64,000 nucleotides of DNA from Azolla caroliniana (GCA_043228905.1 JBHGNT010000052.1:1-64000), one strand, 5' to 3'; shown: positions 22,751-36,406, numbered from the stretch's first letter. Notes: generated from the sequence alone by a model not told the origin. Made by a program: numbers and translations.

Positions 22751-23281
22751 TAATGGACTTGGGGTTCTGTTGTGTGGAAGATTGGGGAAGGAGGATGAGG
22801 CCAGGCCGAGACAGAGCGAGGGAAGGAGATGGTTGTGGTGCGGCAGAGGGGCTATGAGGACAAGAGAGGGCTTGTGAGCAAGAGCGGTGGGAGTGATGAA
22901 AGTGCTGAGAGCGAGAGGAGGCTTGAGAGTGTGGGAGCGATGAAGGCTGGGTGTGCAAGAAAGCATCTGTGTGTGGGGTGTGCTTGGGGTAACTGTTTTT
23001 TAGTGAATGCCTAGGGTTTTGTGCATGAAGAGGAGCCTAGAGATTCTTGGTTGTGGATGCCATAATAGGATATTATGGCCACGTGTCCTAGGGAGTTAGT
23101 GCTGTGCCTTGGATGCTGTGCATGTGCCTTTAAATACTTAAGTGAATGTGAAAGTGACTAGTGTGTGCCTCTAAACATGACGCGATTTGGGTGATGTGGT
23201 AAGTGCTTTAGGTGGAACTAACTAATTGCTAAAACTATGCCTAATCCTACGTAATGTACGCTTTGGAATGTTGGTGGGTTC

Positions 23282-26200
23282 TTACCGAGGGGGACACGTG
23301 GCCTCCTTCGTGGCATTGTCCGTGCTATGAGACTCGACGAAAGGGTTGGCTGGGGTATTTCCTTGGTATGGTCGCAGTTGGAATCCATTCACCCAGCTTT
23401 TGACAATTTCCCCGGCGAGGGTGCCGAGCTGGAACATGTTGTTAAACTCGTCAATAATCCAGAAGGGGCCGGTCCATCGAAATCGCAACTTCCCTGGCAT
23501 GGCACCGAGTTGTGTTTGGAAAACGAGGACCGGTTTGCCGATGGTCAGTTCTTGTTCCAATCCTTTCCGATGTCGGTCCACAAAGGCTTTCCGTTGTCGT
23601 TGGCGCTGTTCAAGTTGGGCCATGCTCGCTACCCGGTCCTCGCCAAGTTCGAGGAGTTGTTCCAGCCTAAATTGTTCGGATTGGGCCTTGAGGAGCCTTG
23701 CTTTAACTTGAACTCGGAGATTCGGAACCTTGAACTCGATGGGCATAATGGCTTTGAGACCAAAAGCCATCCGAAAGGGGGTGGATTGAATGCTCGTTTT
23801 GAATGTTGTGTGATAAGCTCATAGTGCACTCTGGAGCTTGTCATCCCAATCAGTGTGGTTCTCGTTGACGATCTTCTTCAGGATTGTTTGGAGAATTTTG
23901 TTAGTTGATTCTGCCAATCCGTTTGCCTGCGGGTAGTATGGTGTACTTTTCTTATATACAACCGCGTAGTGTGTCGTAAGCTCGCGTATTATATGGTTCA
24001 TAAAGTGCCCACCTTGGTCACTAACGAGCTCTATTAGGCATCCATATTGGCACCAGAGATGGTCGTACACGAAATTGGCCGTGGATGGTGTCGTGTTGTC
24101 TCGTAAAGCATTTACCTCGACCCATTTTGTGCAGTAGTCCGTAGCCACGATGATATACTTATTACCGGTTCGGGCCGCAGTTGGTTTGAAGGGTCCCACA
24201 AAATCTAACCCCCATTTTTGAAATGGTTCCAATGGAAGAATGGGTTGATGTGGCATTCGAGCTTGTTCCATCGGTTGTCCCAACTGTTGGCACAAGTCGC
24301 ACTGCCGACCGAACTCGTGGGCATCCTTTTTCGTTGTAGGCCACCATAACCCACTCTACCATACTTTCCTTGCCGTGGACTCTCCGGCGTAGTGTTCACC
24401 GGCGATTCCTAGGTGGGCCTCTTGGGGGATGGCCTTCTTCTCGCATTGCCGAATTGCCCGACGCCATATTCTGTCTGAGCCTTTGTGGTAGAGGATGTCG
24501 AAAACGAGACAAAAGTTTCGGCTTCGTACTGCGAGTCGTTTCCGCGCATCGAGGGGCATGTGGTTGGGAGGCATGCCAGTACTAAGGAAATGGGTCATCT
24601 CCGTGATCCATTCATCTTCTTTGTTGTCTGGTAGCGTTGTGAGATTAAATAGGCCGGCATCGGGTAAGTCGTCATACGTGGACTCGGCAGGGTCCCTTGA
24701 CTCGAGGCGGCTTAGGTAATCCGCGACGGCGTGTTGGACTCTGGGTTGATGCTGTATGTGAAAATCAAACTCTTGTAACAGGAGCATCCATCGAGCCAGT
24801 CGACCTGTCAGGGCCTTTTTATTGACTAGGTAAAGGAGGGCCGAGTGATCGACGTGAAATGTGAATTTTCGGCCTAAGAGGTAATGCCGAAATTTACTGA
24901 TGCTGTAGATCATACCAAGGCCCTCTCGTTCGGTGGTTGAATAGTTCTTTGTCTTGGCCGAGAGACATCACGTAGCATAATGCACTGGCCGATACCAATT
25001 TGGGGGCGTGCATTGCATAAGTGCGCTCCCGATGGCGATATCTGATGCGTCCACGAAGACGTGAAAAGGTTCCGACCATAGCGGGGGCTGTACAACTGGG
25101 GCATGCGAGAGCATTAATTTCAAAGCTTGGTAAGCCTCGTCCTCGATTGAAGTCCATTGAAAGGGAAGTCGATACACCGCCCTGTGTAGTGGTGTCGCGA
25201 AATCGGCTAGGTGGCGTATCATCCGGCCGTGCCATCTGATTTGTCCCAGAAATCGGCTGAGGGCCTTTGCATTTGAGAGTGCAGGGGCGTTTAGGATTGC
25301 TTGTACTTTATCCGGGTCCATGGCGATACCTTCTTGACTGACGATGTGCCCGAGTAGGTTGCCGCTTGTGACCAAGAACACGCATTTTTCCGGGTTTAAA
25401 CTTAACTGAACCTGGCGACATCGACCAAGACAGAGACGTAACTTGGTCATGTGTTCCAATCGGTGGCCATACACGGCGAAGTCGTTGAGAAAGACTTGCA
25501 TGAACGCCGGGATATACTCGTTAAAAATTTCGGTGATGATGCGCTGGAACGTGGCCGGCGCCGTTTTCAAACCGAACATCATTACTTCTGCAACGAAAAC
25601 ACCCCATTCCGTGACAAATGCTGTTTTCTCCTGATCATCTGGGTGCATTCTGATTTGGTTGTAGCCACTGAACCCGTCTAGAATGCTGTAGCATTCGTGA
25701 CCCACCACCGTGTCGAGAACGCTATCCGTGAACAGGAGAGGGAATCCATCCGTGACTGTTGTAGCATTAAGCTTGCGGTAGTCGACGCAGATTCCGATTT
25801 TCTCGTTTTTCTTGTGGACGACTATGATTGGGCTTAACCATGTGGCGCGTTTTACAGGTCGTATGAACCCGACTCGGAGGAGCTTTTCTATTTCGTCCTT
25901 GACCTTAGCCGCATAATTGGGGTTCATCCTGTAGCGTCTTTACTGAACCGGCCGAGTGTCAAGGAGAAGATGGATCTGGTGTTGGTCGTATTGAGGGTCC
26001 AAACCCTTCATATCCGTGTAAGACCATGCGAATACATCCTGGTAATCGGTATGAGGGCTGCTTGTTCGTCGGCTGGTACGTTATTAGAAATCTACAGGGT
26101 GTGAGGGTTCTTGTCCGAACCGAGGTTCAGTGTTTCGAGCGTTGATGCCTTCACTCGTTGGGAGATGGCGAGTTCACGTTCAAAAGCGTCCCGAGCGTGT

Positions 26201-26928
26201 CGTAATTCTGCGATGGTGGTGGGATCTGGCTCGTACTAGGGAGGTGTATTCTCTGTGACCTCCTCGTCTAGAGGTGTGTCGACGACCGATATGGCATCGA
26301 TTTCGAAGAGGGGTATGATAGTGGGATGGTCTTCTAGGAAGTCATCCATCTCGTCATCGGCTAACCTGTCGAGCATGTCCACCCCTTCTGCGTATAACGG
26401 AGAGGTGTTGTGGGGCATGGTTAAGCGTTCTTCGGTTATGATCCGGACCTTGGTCTTTCCTCGGCGAAACGAGATCATGTTGTGCTGCCAATGCTGTTTG
26501 ATATTTGTTGTGCGCAACCATGATCTACCAAGTAACATTGGGTAGGTGCCCTGTGCTTCGAGTCGTAATACAACGGCCGAGATAGTGAACATGTGGCCTC
26601 CTAGAGTAAAGTCGAGGTGGCGGATTAATCTGATGGGGCGAACCGATTGTGTATCGGCCATCCGAAGCCAAAAGGGGCAAGGCTCCCATTGGTTTATGCC
26701 GGAGGTGTGACATGTGGCCTCGTTGATGACGTTCACACTGGAGACGCCGTCAATTATGCACCCATGAAGGTCGCGTCCTTTAAGCATGATTTTCACGGCT
26801 GGATTATGGGAATCCATGAGGGGTGGGCCCGTCCCTAGCTCCGTTAGGTTAATAGGGGGTACGACCGATTTGTCCTTAGCCGTGAGCTTAGCCAAGGTAT
26901 CCTGAAAGCGTGGCATGAGTGGTAACAA
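23282..26928 (-). pseudogene. Gypsy pol, frameshifted (protease, RT, RNase H, integrase)
   Basis: IIDGVSSVNVI (protease, 26236-26928); ILDGFSGYNQI, MFGLKTAPATFQR, VFLNDF with damaged YxDD (RT, 24968-25927); FHVFVDASDIAIG, LARWMLLLQEFDF (RH); PFQKWGLDFVGP, YYPQANGLAE, RWTGPF (integrase). Multiple stops and frameshifts. Confidence 0.9.
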
Positions 26929-26999
26929 CTTATGTAATGGCAGCGCGAGATCTTAGCAGTTGTAAGGGCTTCCCATAGATGGTCATCTTCTGTCGACAT

Positions 27000-28428
27000 G
27001 GATGGTGCCGAAGACTGTGGTGCTCCGATGGTCGCGTCTTCCATTTATGTTTGCATCTGCACCACATTGTTTTTGTTGGCCGTATCAATCCATTCTTTGG
27101 CTACTTGCCGGACTTCATGCTGTACTTGCCATGGAGTGGCCTGGGCTTTACTGCGTGTTGTGACGTTTTGCACGTCGGCCATAATACTATTCACGACAGG
27201 AGCCTTTCCACGGTCTGTTTTTGGGCATTGCGTAGCGTAGTGACCGGGTTGGTTGCACTTGAAGCAAGTAACAACGGCCGAGTTGCTGGTGCCAGCCTGA
27301 TCTGTGTGTGTGTGGGGGGGTGCGATTGATTCCCGGCCTCGTGTGTTGATGAGTTGGTCTGGGGCGCGCTCGAGCTGCGCGGTTCATTTTGAGGGGGTTC
27401 CCGACGACGGTTGTCGTTATTCCTTTTGTTGTTGCACGATCCTCGGTGAGAGTTGCGCCGATCATTACGGGAATTTCTTTGATCGTATCGGTCATCCCGA
27501 TCATCGTCATACCGATCATAATTGTCGTTTGCCCGGTACTGGTCATCGTGATAGCGATCATGGCGGTAGTCTGATCTCCATCGGTTGTCGTTTCGATAAC
27601 GGTCGTTGTCTTGACGGTAATCGTCGTCACGGCACCGCCTATCTGGTGATCGGGGTCATTGGTTATCTTGGTTCCGGTAGAATTGTCGCTCGTCCTAACG
27701 AGAGTATGTATCCCTAAGCTCGATCTAGCGAATCGGGGCTGTCGTTGTGCGGTTGAGCATATTGTATTCACATTGCTCGACAGTGTGAGAGCGGGACTGG
27801 CAGATCAGAGACTGTGGCCGGTGAGGTCTTTCGAGGGCCAGATGGCCCGATCCTGAGCAAACTGTGCATTGGAGGGCTTGGCGGACGCGATTGTCCTCTT
27901 GGGGAAGGGCACTTTGCAGTGAACTCATAGAGAAAGCCATGCTTTGCTGTGTTCGATCGAGGGCGAGGACGCACGCGATGACTGGCTCGATCGTTTGGTT
28001 GCCAAAATTAGTAAGTGCGAGAGTCGTCTGTAGAGGCTCCCGTAAGCTGGACAGGAATGCGTCCGGAATGTGTTGTGCATAGACATCGTCGGCCACTTGT
28101 CGGTAGAGATCCCGGAACCGGATCGTGAACTGTGCGATCGTCTCGTGCGGTTCTTGGCTCATGGAAAAGAACTGTCGGAGTAGTTCTCGTTTGGGCACCT
28201 TGCGATGGAAAAGTTCTAGGAAATTCGTGCGAACGTCTTGGAAGGTGATAAACTCCCCTACGTTGAGGCGAGAATACCATCACACAGCTGGTCCATCGAG
28301 GGATAGCGTAAACTCAACGATTTTTGAGGCATCGATTTCGGCAGGCGAGAGTCACTGTGTTGAGTGGTTGGCTTGCCAGGTGGACACGAAGGCACGGATG
28401 TGCGACTCCGCGTTTGGGCCGTCGGTGT
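27000..28428 (-). pseudogene. Gypsy gag, 3' part, decayed
   Basis: Retrotrans_gag-like FFSMSQEPHETIAQFTIRFRDL, CTVCSGSGH and CFKCNQPGHYATQC knuckles; the 5' part lies at ~39471-39850. Confidence 0.75.
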
Positions 28429-28793
28429 TGAAAAGAATGGTGTGCGGAACCAATATAGGAAACCGAACAACAGAAAACACAGGTTTAATGGAAAGCTTAG
28501 GTTTGCATAGTACGCACGGGGGAGACAGAGAGAGAGAGAGAGTAAATACAAAACTTAATTAAAAAATAATGCTCAATCTATACATCGTGTGTGTTCAATG
28601 AACACTTTTATACAAGTCCTTTTCGGATTGACAGAAGTACTGACAGTACTTCAATGCTCATAAGGAGCCCCTACACTAACTCCCAGATATATTCCTTGCA
28701 CCGATCCGACCTTCCTACACACCGGTCTGCGTACCGGTTTCCAAGCGATCCGGTCCTCGGCTTGCTCATTCGATCCAGCCGATGTTGAACTTG
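28429..28793 (-). repeat. 3' LTR of nested copia (inner end truncated, ~31-bp internal deletion)
   Basis: Aligns by eye with 39066-39460; lacks the terminal TCTCTCAACA and the segment GGAATATCTTTCCGATGGCCTCCCGGTTTCTGC. Confidence 0.85.
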
Positions 28794-28868
28794 AGGCTCT
28801 TTGGGATCTTCCGAATCACTGCTCCGGTTCCTCTTGGCTCCACGCCTCGCTCGCACTCGTCGGCTTGT

Positions 28869-31800
28869 TCAACTCTGTGTGCTTTGACCGTTCCAGTCAG
28901 CTTGTCTGCTCCCACGGCCCTTCATAGCTCCCTTGCTGTTGCAGTGTTGGCACTTCATCTGCTGCCTTCTTTTCCGCTTGGCCCTCGGTTGATTCAGTGT
29001 ATCCGAATCAAACATCCGGACCGACTTGGCTACCTCCGATCGGTTTTCGCTCTCGTCCGAGTTGGCTGTCTCCAACTCGTCTTCGATCTTCTCGCCCTTG
29101 ACAGCGTCATCTCCCCCATGCTTGGTTGGCTTTGGCTCTTTCTTTCGGCTGCTCCCCTTATGTCCACTTTTGGACTCTTCCACGGATCCGCCCTCGGCTT
29201 CTTTAGCCGATTCGAAGTCAAATTCGTCATCTGACTCGGTGTCGCAGCCTCTTCCGCCCCCTTCCTGCTCCCTTGCTTGGTCTTTTGAGACTGTTCTCCC
29301 CCTCAAGTTTGGCACGTCGAGGTGACGCAACCCAAGCGCACCCGAGAATTTCCGCAACTTGTCTAGACCAAGGGGCTTGGTGAAGATGTCGGCAGTTTGC
29401 TGATCTGTCGGAACATACTGAAGTTCGACTTCACCAGAAAGGACACACTCACGGACAAAATGGTAGTGCACCTCAATGTGCTTGGTCCGTGCGTGGAAAG
29501 CGAGGTTCTTCACGAGCTGGATGCTGCTGAGGTTGTCGCAATAGATCGTCATCGGATCGGACACCTCCTCTTGCAGGTCCTTAAGTAGCCGCTTCAACCA
29601 TATGGCTTCGCATGTCACGACAGTCGCTCCTCAATACTTAGCTTCGGTGCTCGACAATGCAATTGTCGGCTGCTTCTTATTGCTCCACGCTATCGCGGCA
29701 CTCCCAAGGGAAAACGCGTATCCGAACATGGATCGGCGATCGACGGTGTTGCCAACCCAATCAACATTGGTGTAGTCGACCAATTGCGAGGTTGTACCGG
29801 TCCGATATAGCAATCCCCGGTCCTTCGTGCCGCTTACGTACCGCAGTACGCGTTGCGCACACTGAAGGTGCTCCTCAATAGGTTGCGCCATGAACTGACT
29901 GATCAACCTGACCAGATAACTGAGATCGGGTTGGGTGATTGTCAAGTAGGTAAGGCTTCCGACAATTTGTCGGAACCTCGTCGGGTCGCATACCTCTCCG
30001 GAATTGGGGCGAAGCTTGATGGTTCTATCAAGAGGAGTCGAGACGGACTTACAGTCTGCCATCCCGAATTTGAAGAGCATATTTAGTGCGTAATGATGTT
30101 GGCTGATCAGTATGCCTTCGGGGGTGCGAATCAGTTCGATCCCGAGGAAGTAATGAAGATCCCCCAGATGCTTCATGTTGAACGATGCTGCAAGCTGGAG
30201 CTTCACGCGGTCGATTTCACCTAGATCGGCGCCGGTGATGACCAAGTCATCAACATATAGTAAAATACTGATCGGACCGAGTCAACCTTTCCGGATGAAT
30301 AGGGAAGAGTCCGATTTGGACGTTGCAAAGGCCATCCGATGCAATTGCTACGTGATCTTCGCATTCTAGGCACACGGGCCTTGCTTCAGTCCGTAAAGGG
30401 ACTTCTTCAATCGGCACACTGTCGACGTGTTCGTTCCGGAGTGAAGTCTGGGGGACTGGAACATGTACACTTGTTCCTCAAGCTCACCTTGCAGGAACAC
30501 ATTCTTTACATCCATCTGATGTAAGTGCCACCCCTTTGCCGCAGCTACCGCGACCAAAACACGAACAATCGTCATCTTTGCGACCGGCGCAAACTTCTCA
30601 TTGTAGTTGATGCCGTGTTTCTACGCGTAGCCTTTTGCCACTAACCGGGCCTTGTATTGGTTGACCGAGCCGTCGGTGTTGTACTTGACCTTGTACACCC
30701 ACCTACATCCGATCGGCTTCACACCCTTCGGTGCGTCAACCAGGTCCTAGGTCTCGTTTTCTGCTAATGCGTGCATCTCTTCCTCCATCGCGGCGCGCCA
30801 ATTCGCGTCCATAGCCGCATTTGCGTAGCTCTCCGGCTCACGCATATCCGCTATACAGGTCATGTACGCATAATGATGCGCCATGTACTCATTGTATCCG
30901 AACCGCACAACTGGGTTCTTCTGGCGGGTAGATCGGCATAATTGGTCATTAGTCGATGTCGAGGTTTGACTCGTTCCTATCCATGCCAGAATCCGACACC
31001 TTCTTCTTCCCTTTCTCTTTGTGCGTAAGCCGTCTCCTCGACTTCCTGCGTAGGGAATGCACGGCCGAGTCTCCACTACTCGCTGGCTCTTCATCGGACT
31101 GGTCGAACCGACTCAGTCGTCCATTCGGTCCACTTAACCGAAACGAAATTGGACTCTCTTCGCGGGTCCCGATTTTAGGCTCATCCAGAGGCATTTCAAC
31201 CTCACTGACTTCATCGTCAGAACTTGGATTGGAGGTGAGGTCCGGAGTCGGAGGCAAGTACCAGGACGCGGACTCGTCAAACAGAACGTCGTGGCTCACG
31301 CGCGCTTGTTTGGTGCGCGGGTTATAACACTTATAACCCTTCTGCTCGTCCGAGTAGCTGACCAATATACATTTCTCAGCCTTTGCGTCCAGCTTCCTCC
31401 GTTTCTCCTTCGGCACATGCACATACACAATGCTACCGAAAACTCGTAAGTGTCGCACGTTCGGCTTCCTTCCGAAATATAGCTCGTGTGTCGACACTTT
31501 GTCTCCGATCCGGTTCTGGATATATACCGCAGTCCTTACCGCCTCGGCCCAGTAGAACTTGAGCAAGCTCTTCTCTTCTAGCATTGCCTGTGCCGCTTCC
31601 ACAACCGATCGATTTTTCCTCTCGGCCACTCCGTTTTGCTCCGACGTGTATCTACAACTGAATTTGCGCCGAATTCCCATCTGTTGTAGATAACCGTTGA
31701 ATTGGCCGGAAAATAATTCTTTTCCGCCATCCGACCGCAGACTCTTGATCTTTCTTCCTGTGTCCGTTTCCACGAACCCTTTTAGGTCCCGGAAACAGTC

Positions 31801-32340
31801 GAAGACTTCGCTCTTCCTCTGAATGAGATAGATCCACATGCGCCGCGTGTAGTCGTCAATGAAGGAGAAGACGAAATATCGTCTCCCACCAAGACTAACG
31901 TTTTGTGCTGGCCCCCACACATCGAAGTGTATCAAGTCGAGCTTGTTCCGGCTCCAGTTACGCACGTTGGGGAAGGGAAGTCGGTGTTGCTTCCCAAGTT
32001 GGCAGGCTTAACCAATTTGTGCCTTCTGGCCACTAAATTTGAGCAATCTGAACACCACTTGTTTCAATTGCAGGTCTTGAAGCCGCTGGTAGTTGATGTG
32101 GCCTATCCGCTTGTGCCATAAGTCGATGTCCAACTCGACTTTTTGTCCCTTCGCGAACATTGCGGTGCCATCGTCAGTAGAGTCGAGGATGAACACCCTC
32201 CCATCTCTGCGCGCTTGCGCAATAACACAACCTTCTTCCTCAATGAAGCACCCGAGGTGTGTAAACTGAACCTACATTCCCTGGTCGACGATCTGTTTGA
32301 CCGACACCAGATTCTTCGTGATTGTCGGGACGTGTAACAC
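28869..32340 (-). pseudogene. Copia pol fragments (GAG-pre-INT, integrase, RT, RNase H), frameshifted
   Basis: LWHKRIGHIN; IHFDVWGP, LRSDGGKE, EQNGVAERKNR; [24 protein letters not shown]; IYCDNLSSI, HARTKHIEVHYHFVRE, QTADIFTKPL. Confidence 0.9.
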
Positions 32341-35247
32341 GTTGTCGCGTTGTTACGTGCGCGCGTGTAGAAGGGCGGGACCACGGGGGTCTCAGACGAA
32401 GGAAGGAGGGAAGCCGAGAAGACAATTCTGGAGGCGCGTTCCGGAAGCAACTAGACGAGAGAGAGAGAAAGAGAGGGAGAAAGAGAGGGAGCGCGGGCTT
32501 GACACCGACTAACACCCACACACACACCACGCCGACCTAATTCATGCCCTTATGTACAGAACGGAAGTAAGAGAATACCAAAAGCACCCACACAAACACC
32601 GGACCCCAACAGAGACATGAATATGCATAGACAGACGCAAATGTATATATTACAAGGGAAAGAATACATGCCCGGCTTCGAGCCGGGCCATGGTAGGTTA
32701 CAACAGCCATCTGCTGCCAAGCCGCCGATCGAGGAGCTCACGGGCTTGTCGCGTTGAGCGGGGTCTTGCACAGGAGGCCGGGCAGAAGTGAACCTACAGC
32801 AGGGAGAGCCGGGTACGCTCAGAAGAAGAGGAGTTAACCTAACAGCTTTCCCACCATAGCTGCCGCTCGAGTACTCGTGAAGGAGAAGAAGAAGAAGAAA
32901 AAGAAAGAAGAAGAGACTAACCGCTCAATTACTCGTGAACAAGATGGGTCCTTCGCCGCGATCTCCGTAGTCCGCGTACTTCCGCAGGCCCTTGTTCGGC
33001 CGTATGCACGCTCCGCTCTCCGCCGTATGCCCGATGTCCTCCGCTTGAGGAACACCCATAGTGGCCTGCCTGGCCTCTGTCAACCATTCGCGTGGTCCTG
33101 ATTGTTGTCCCGCGTTGTTTCCCACTGCCTTCGTCCCCTCGCCGCCACCTTCCTTCTCCATGGTCTTACGTCGCCATGTCGGCTCGGACCGCCAAGGTCT
33201 TCGGAACGGTGTGGAGGATCCTTCTCCGGTCTTCTACGTGTGACCTTCGAACTGCGCAACCCGTCTTCGTGCTCACCTTTCCGCTTCGGCACCTCCATGC
33301 GCCACATATCCTCGTCCATTGTTTGGCACAGCCTGTGCCCCACTCCGGTTCTTTGGACGCCTTGTCGGCCCTTTCCCGGCCAGATTGTGCATCGCCGCTC
33401 ATCCGCACTCCAGTGCCCTCTGCATCCGAGGAACACCCCGTAGTAGCCCGCTTGGCCCTTTCCGTCTTGCGCTGTTGCTACAGGTCCTGAGTCTTTCGCT
33501 TGCTGTCGCCCCTCGCCCCATCAGCTTGTCATCCTGGGCTTGTCGTGATAGTCTTCGTTGCTCTGACAGAGCTGCCGAGATCTACGAAGCGAGTGTGGAG
33601 GGTCCTCCTCCGGACTCCCTTGTCATCCCCTGACTCCGACCCTGTGCAGTCCACTATGCACCCGTCACCTCGTTCCAGGCACCTCCCTTGTGCCGTCTTC
33701 CGCTTCCTTTGTTCGGTAACGCCCGTGCCGAACACCGTCCCGTAGTTACGCTTCGATCCGGCCCACGATGGCCACTTGCGAGACTCTTGTTCCGCCCCAG
33801 GTGTGCCTTTTCAGCTCGACACACCTCCCCGTGTTTGCCCGTACCGGCTCCTTCCAAACCGTAACAGTTCGGTAGGGGTTTCGCACTTCGTCCGCCCTGT
33901 CTTACCGACATTTGTCGATGCTAGGTCCCGTTCCTTGCCGCCACCTTCCTTCTCCCTCGGTCTTACGTTGCCACGTTGGCCGAACAGTCGGAGTCTCCAG
34001 AACCGGTGTGAAGATCCCATAGGACCGGTCTTCGTTTCGTTGCTTGTGACCTTGCCGGTAGGTCCGATTCGGTTAGTAGCCGCTTCGCCGGCTTGATACC
34101 TTCTTTCTCTGCTTCCGTCGTCCGATCACGTTCACCTGCCGCCACCGACCTCTCCTATAGGACTCACGCCGGCACTCGGCCCGACCGCCGGATCAGTGTG
34201 AGGATCTCCGTAGACCGCCCGTCCGCAGTTCCCTCGCCTTCATCCCCTTTCCGCCACCGATCACCACTCTAGGTCTCATGCCAGCTCTCGGGCCGCAAGC
34301 CGAGAGGGTGGCTCGCTCCAGACCCTCTCCCGTGGTACCGACGTACCGTGTTCTCGGTCTCTTCGTAGGCTTGCTCTCTTCCTCCCTCCCGGAATGGTTA
34401 TTCGGGAGTCTGCTCCGCCCGGTTCTCCTCCGGGTCTGTTCGTCATTCTCCGGATTGCCGGGTCCTGTTCTCCTGTCGCCACTGATCTCTCCTATAGGAC
34501 TCACGCCGGCACTTGGGCCGACAACCGGATTGGTGTGAAGATCTCATGGGACCGGTCTTCGTTCCCCGCACTTCTCCCGAACTCGTCGTCGCTCTCCTTG
34601 TTGTGGTCCTGCCTCAATCTTCCATCTCTTTGGTCTTACGTTGCCACGTCGGCCGAATAGCCGAAGTCTCAGGATAGGATATGGCGTAACCGATTTCGCA
34701 AAGTCTTTCAGCAACACGTCCAGGCCACCGCCCCTTTTAGTGGTGTCGGAGGATAGCATCCGCTCTGTGATCAATCAAGCCCCGCTTGGGCTTGATTCTC
34801 CAATGTCCGGAGTTTCGGCTCCGATGCCGACCTTGCCAGACTCGTTCCGAACCCTTGATCACCCTCCTTCCAATTCCCGACCTTCGCCCGGTCGGTCTTT
34901 CTCCCCATGTAAAAGAGGGCGGCTCGTCCTGCACCCTCTCCCGTATCGGCACCTTCATGCCGAATCCGGCCCCGATCGAACAATCCACGACCGGATTACG
35001 CTCCACCCGTATCGGAGCGTCGCGTGGTTTGGTCCCCGGTCGGGTCGTTCCTTGGTCTCTTCGTCGACCTTTTCTCGGGCCATCTCCCATCCATCTTTGT
35101 TGGCATCGTGCCAGGACTCCTTGGTACCGCCATCCATCTCCTCGGTCTTACATGGGCATAAGGGCCTGAATGCCGAGTTCTCCGGAATCGGGTCCGAGGG
35201 CTTTCGTCCGCTACTTCCCCCTCTTGGGACTCTTGGGACTCACGTGG

Positions 35248-36329
35248 TCAGTCGGGCCCGATTGCCATTGTCTTGGGAGCAAGTGTGGGAAGACACAAAG
35301 AATCGCTTGTCCGTTTTACGCCCTTGTCCGTAGCCACCGGCTCTAAATGGTCGGCGGTCATCTTCTTACCGATCGCGCAAGCCCCGCCTGGGCTTGCGCC
35401 TCCGATGTCCAGGGTTTCGGGCTGACACGCCTGAAACCGCTGGTCCCAACTATCCGATTCCGCGATCGATATCTCGGCCTCGTCCTTGGCCATTCTATCT
35501 CTGCAAGTCGAGAGAGCGTTTTGTTCCGCACCCTCTCCCGTGGTACCGTGGTACCGATCTTTCGCCATTGCGTGGGGCAAGTCCGTCTCCTCAGTCTCGG
35601 CTTGCGGCCTCGATCTTTCCTCTTCCTCGAGCATCGCGTCGAGAGCTGCGTATGCCTCCGCAATCCTGGCCCCAACGCCGACCCTTGCTGACTCTCTTTG
35701 CCGTTCGGCCTCTTCCCGCTGTGATGGCACGCCATCGCATGCCTTCCTCTTAGCCTTCTCGGTTCGCTCGTTGTCTAGCCGTTGGCACACCCTTTCGACC
35801 TTCGACCAGTCTTCCGTAAGCCCATTCGCTCCGTCATCGTCTTCGAGCTCAATCCCAATGGCCTCCCGTTCTGCTCGGTCGATCGACCAGACGAACAATA
35901 GGACTTTGTCTGCCCCCAACAAACCTTGTTCCCGCTCCGAGAGCCGAGCAAGCCGTCGCTCGAACTCTCAGAACGCGTTTGTTGCGCCCCGATGGGTCTT
36001 TGCAGATGCTACCCACTAGTCGAAGTCGTGTCGTCCCCGACTCTTCCGCCGTCCTCCATATACCTGCAGGAGCGCTCTTCAAAGGCCTCCCACGAACTAT
36101 GAACTTCTTGGAGCTCCTTCACTTCCGCGTGCATACGGACGGCGACAGCCCGACAGAAGAACTCTAGGCTCAACGCTTCGTCCACGTCTCGCTCCTCCAT
36201 TTCCGTGTTGTAGGCTTCCAAGTAAGATGGGACTTTGTCCCTGTTGAAACGGCCGACTCTTTCGACCACTCGCTCGACCGCTTGATGTGCCAACTCTCGT
36301 CTTGCTGTCGCTCGACCAAACTCCTTCAC
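35248..36329 (-). pseudogene. Gag-like ORF of the innermost element (frameshifted)
   Basis: VGRFNRDKVPSYLEAYNTEM...SSWEAFEE (36009-36329) continues as LLFVWSID...LEDDDGANGLTEDWSKVERVC (35248-35922); it starts directly downstream of the PBS. Confidence 0.65.
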
Positions 36330-36390
36330 CGCTTCGACAAAAAGTTGCGCGAAGTCGTCTTCTTATAACTCCATTCTCCCTTGCCGCCCT

Positions 36391-36406
36391 TCACGTTGGG
36401 TCACCA
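36391..36406 (-). promoter_or_regulatory. Primer-binding site, probable tRNA-Trp
   Basis: Minus strand TGGTGACCCAACGTGA, 4 nt inside the 5' LTR end; resembles the complement of the eukaryotic tRNA-Trp 3' end (…UCACGUCGGG(G/U)UCACCA). Confidence 0.65.

Noticed and set aside
32925-35333. Many overlapping 60-230 aa ORFs in the GC-rich interior of the innermost element
   Set aside because: Expected from high GC and low stop-codon density; no conserved domains recognised.
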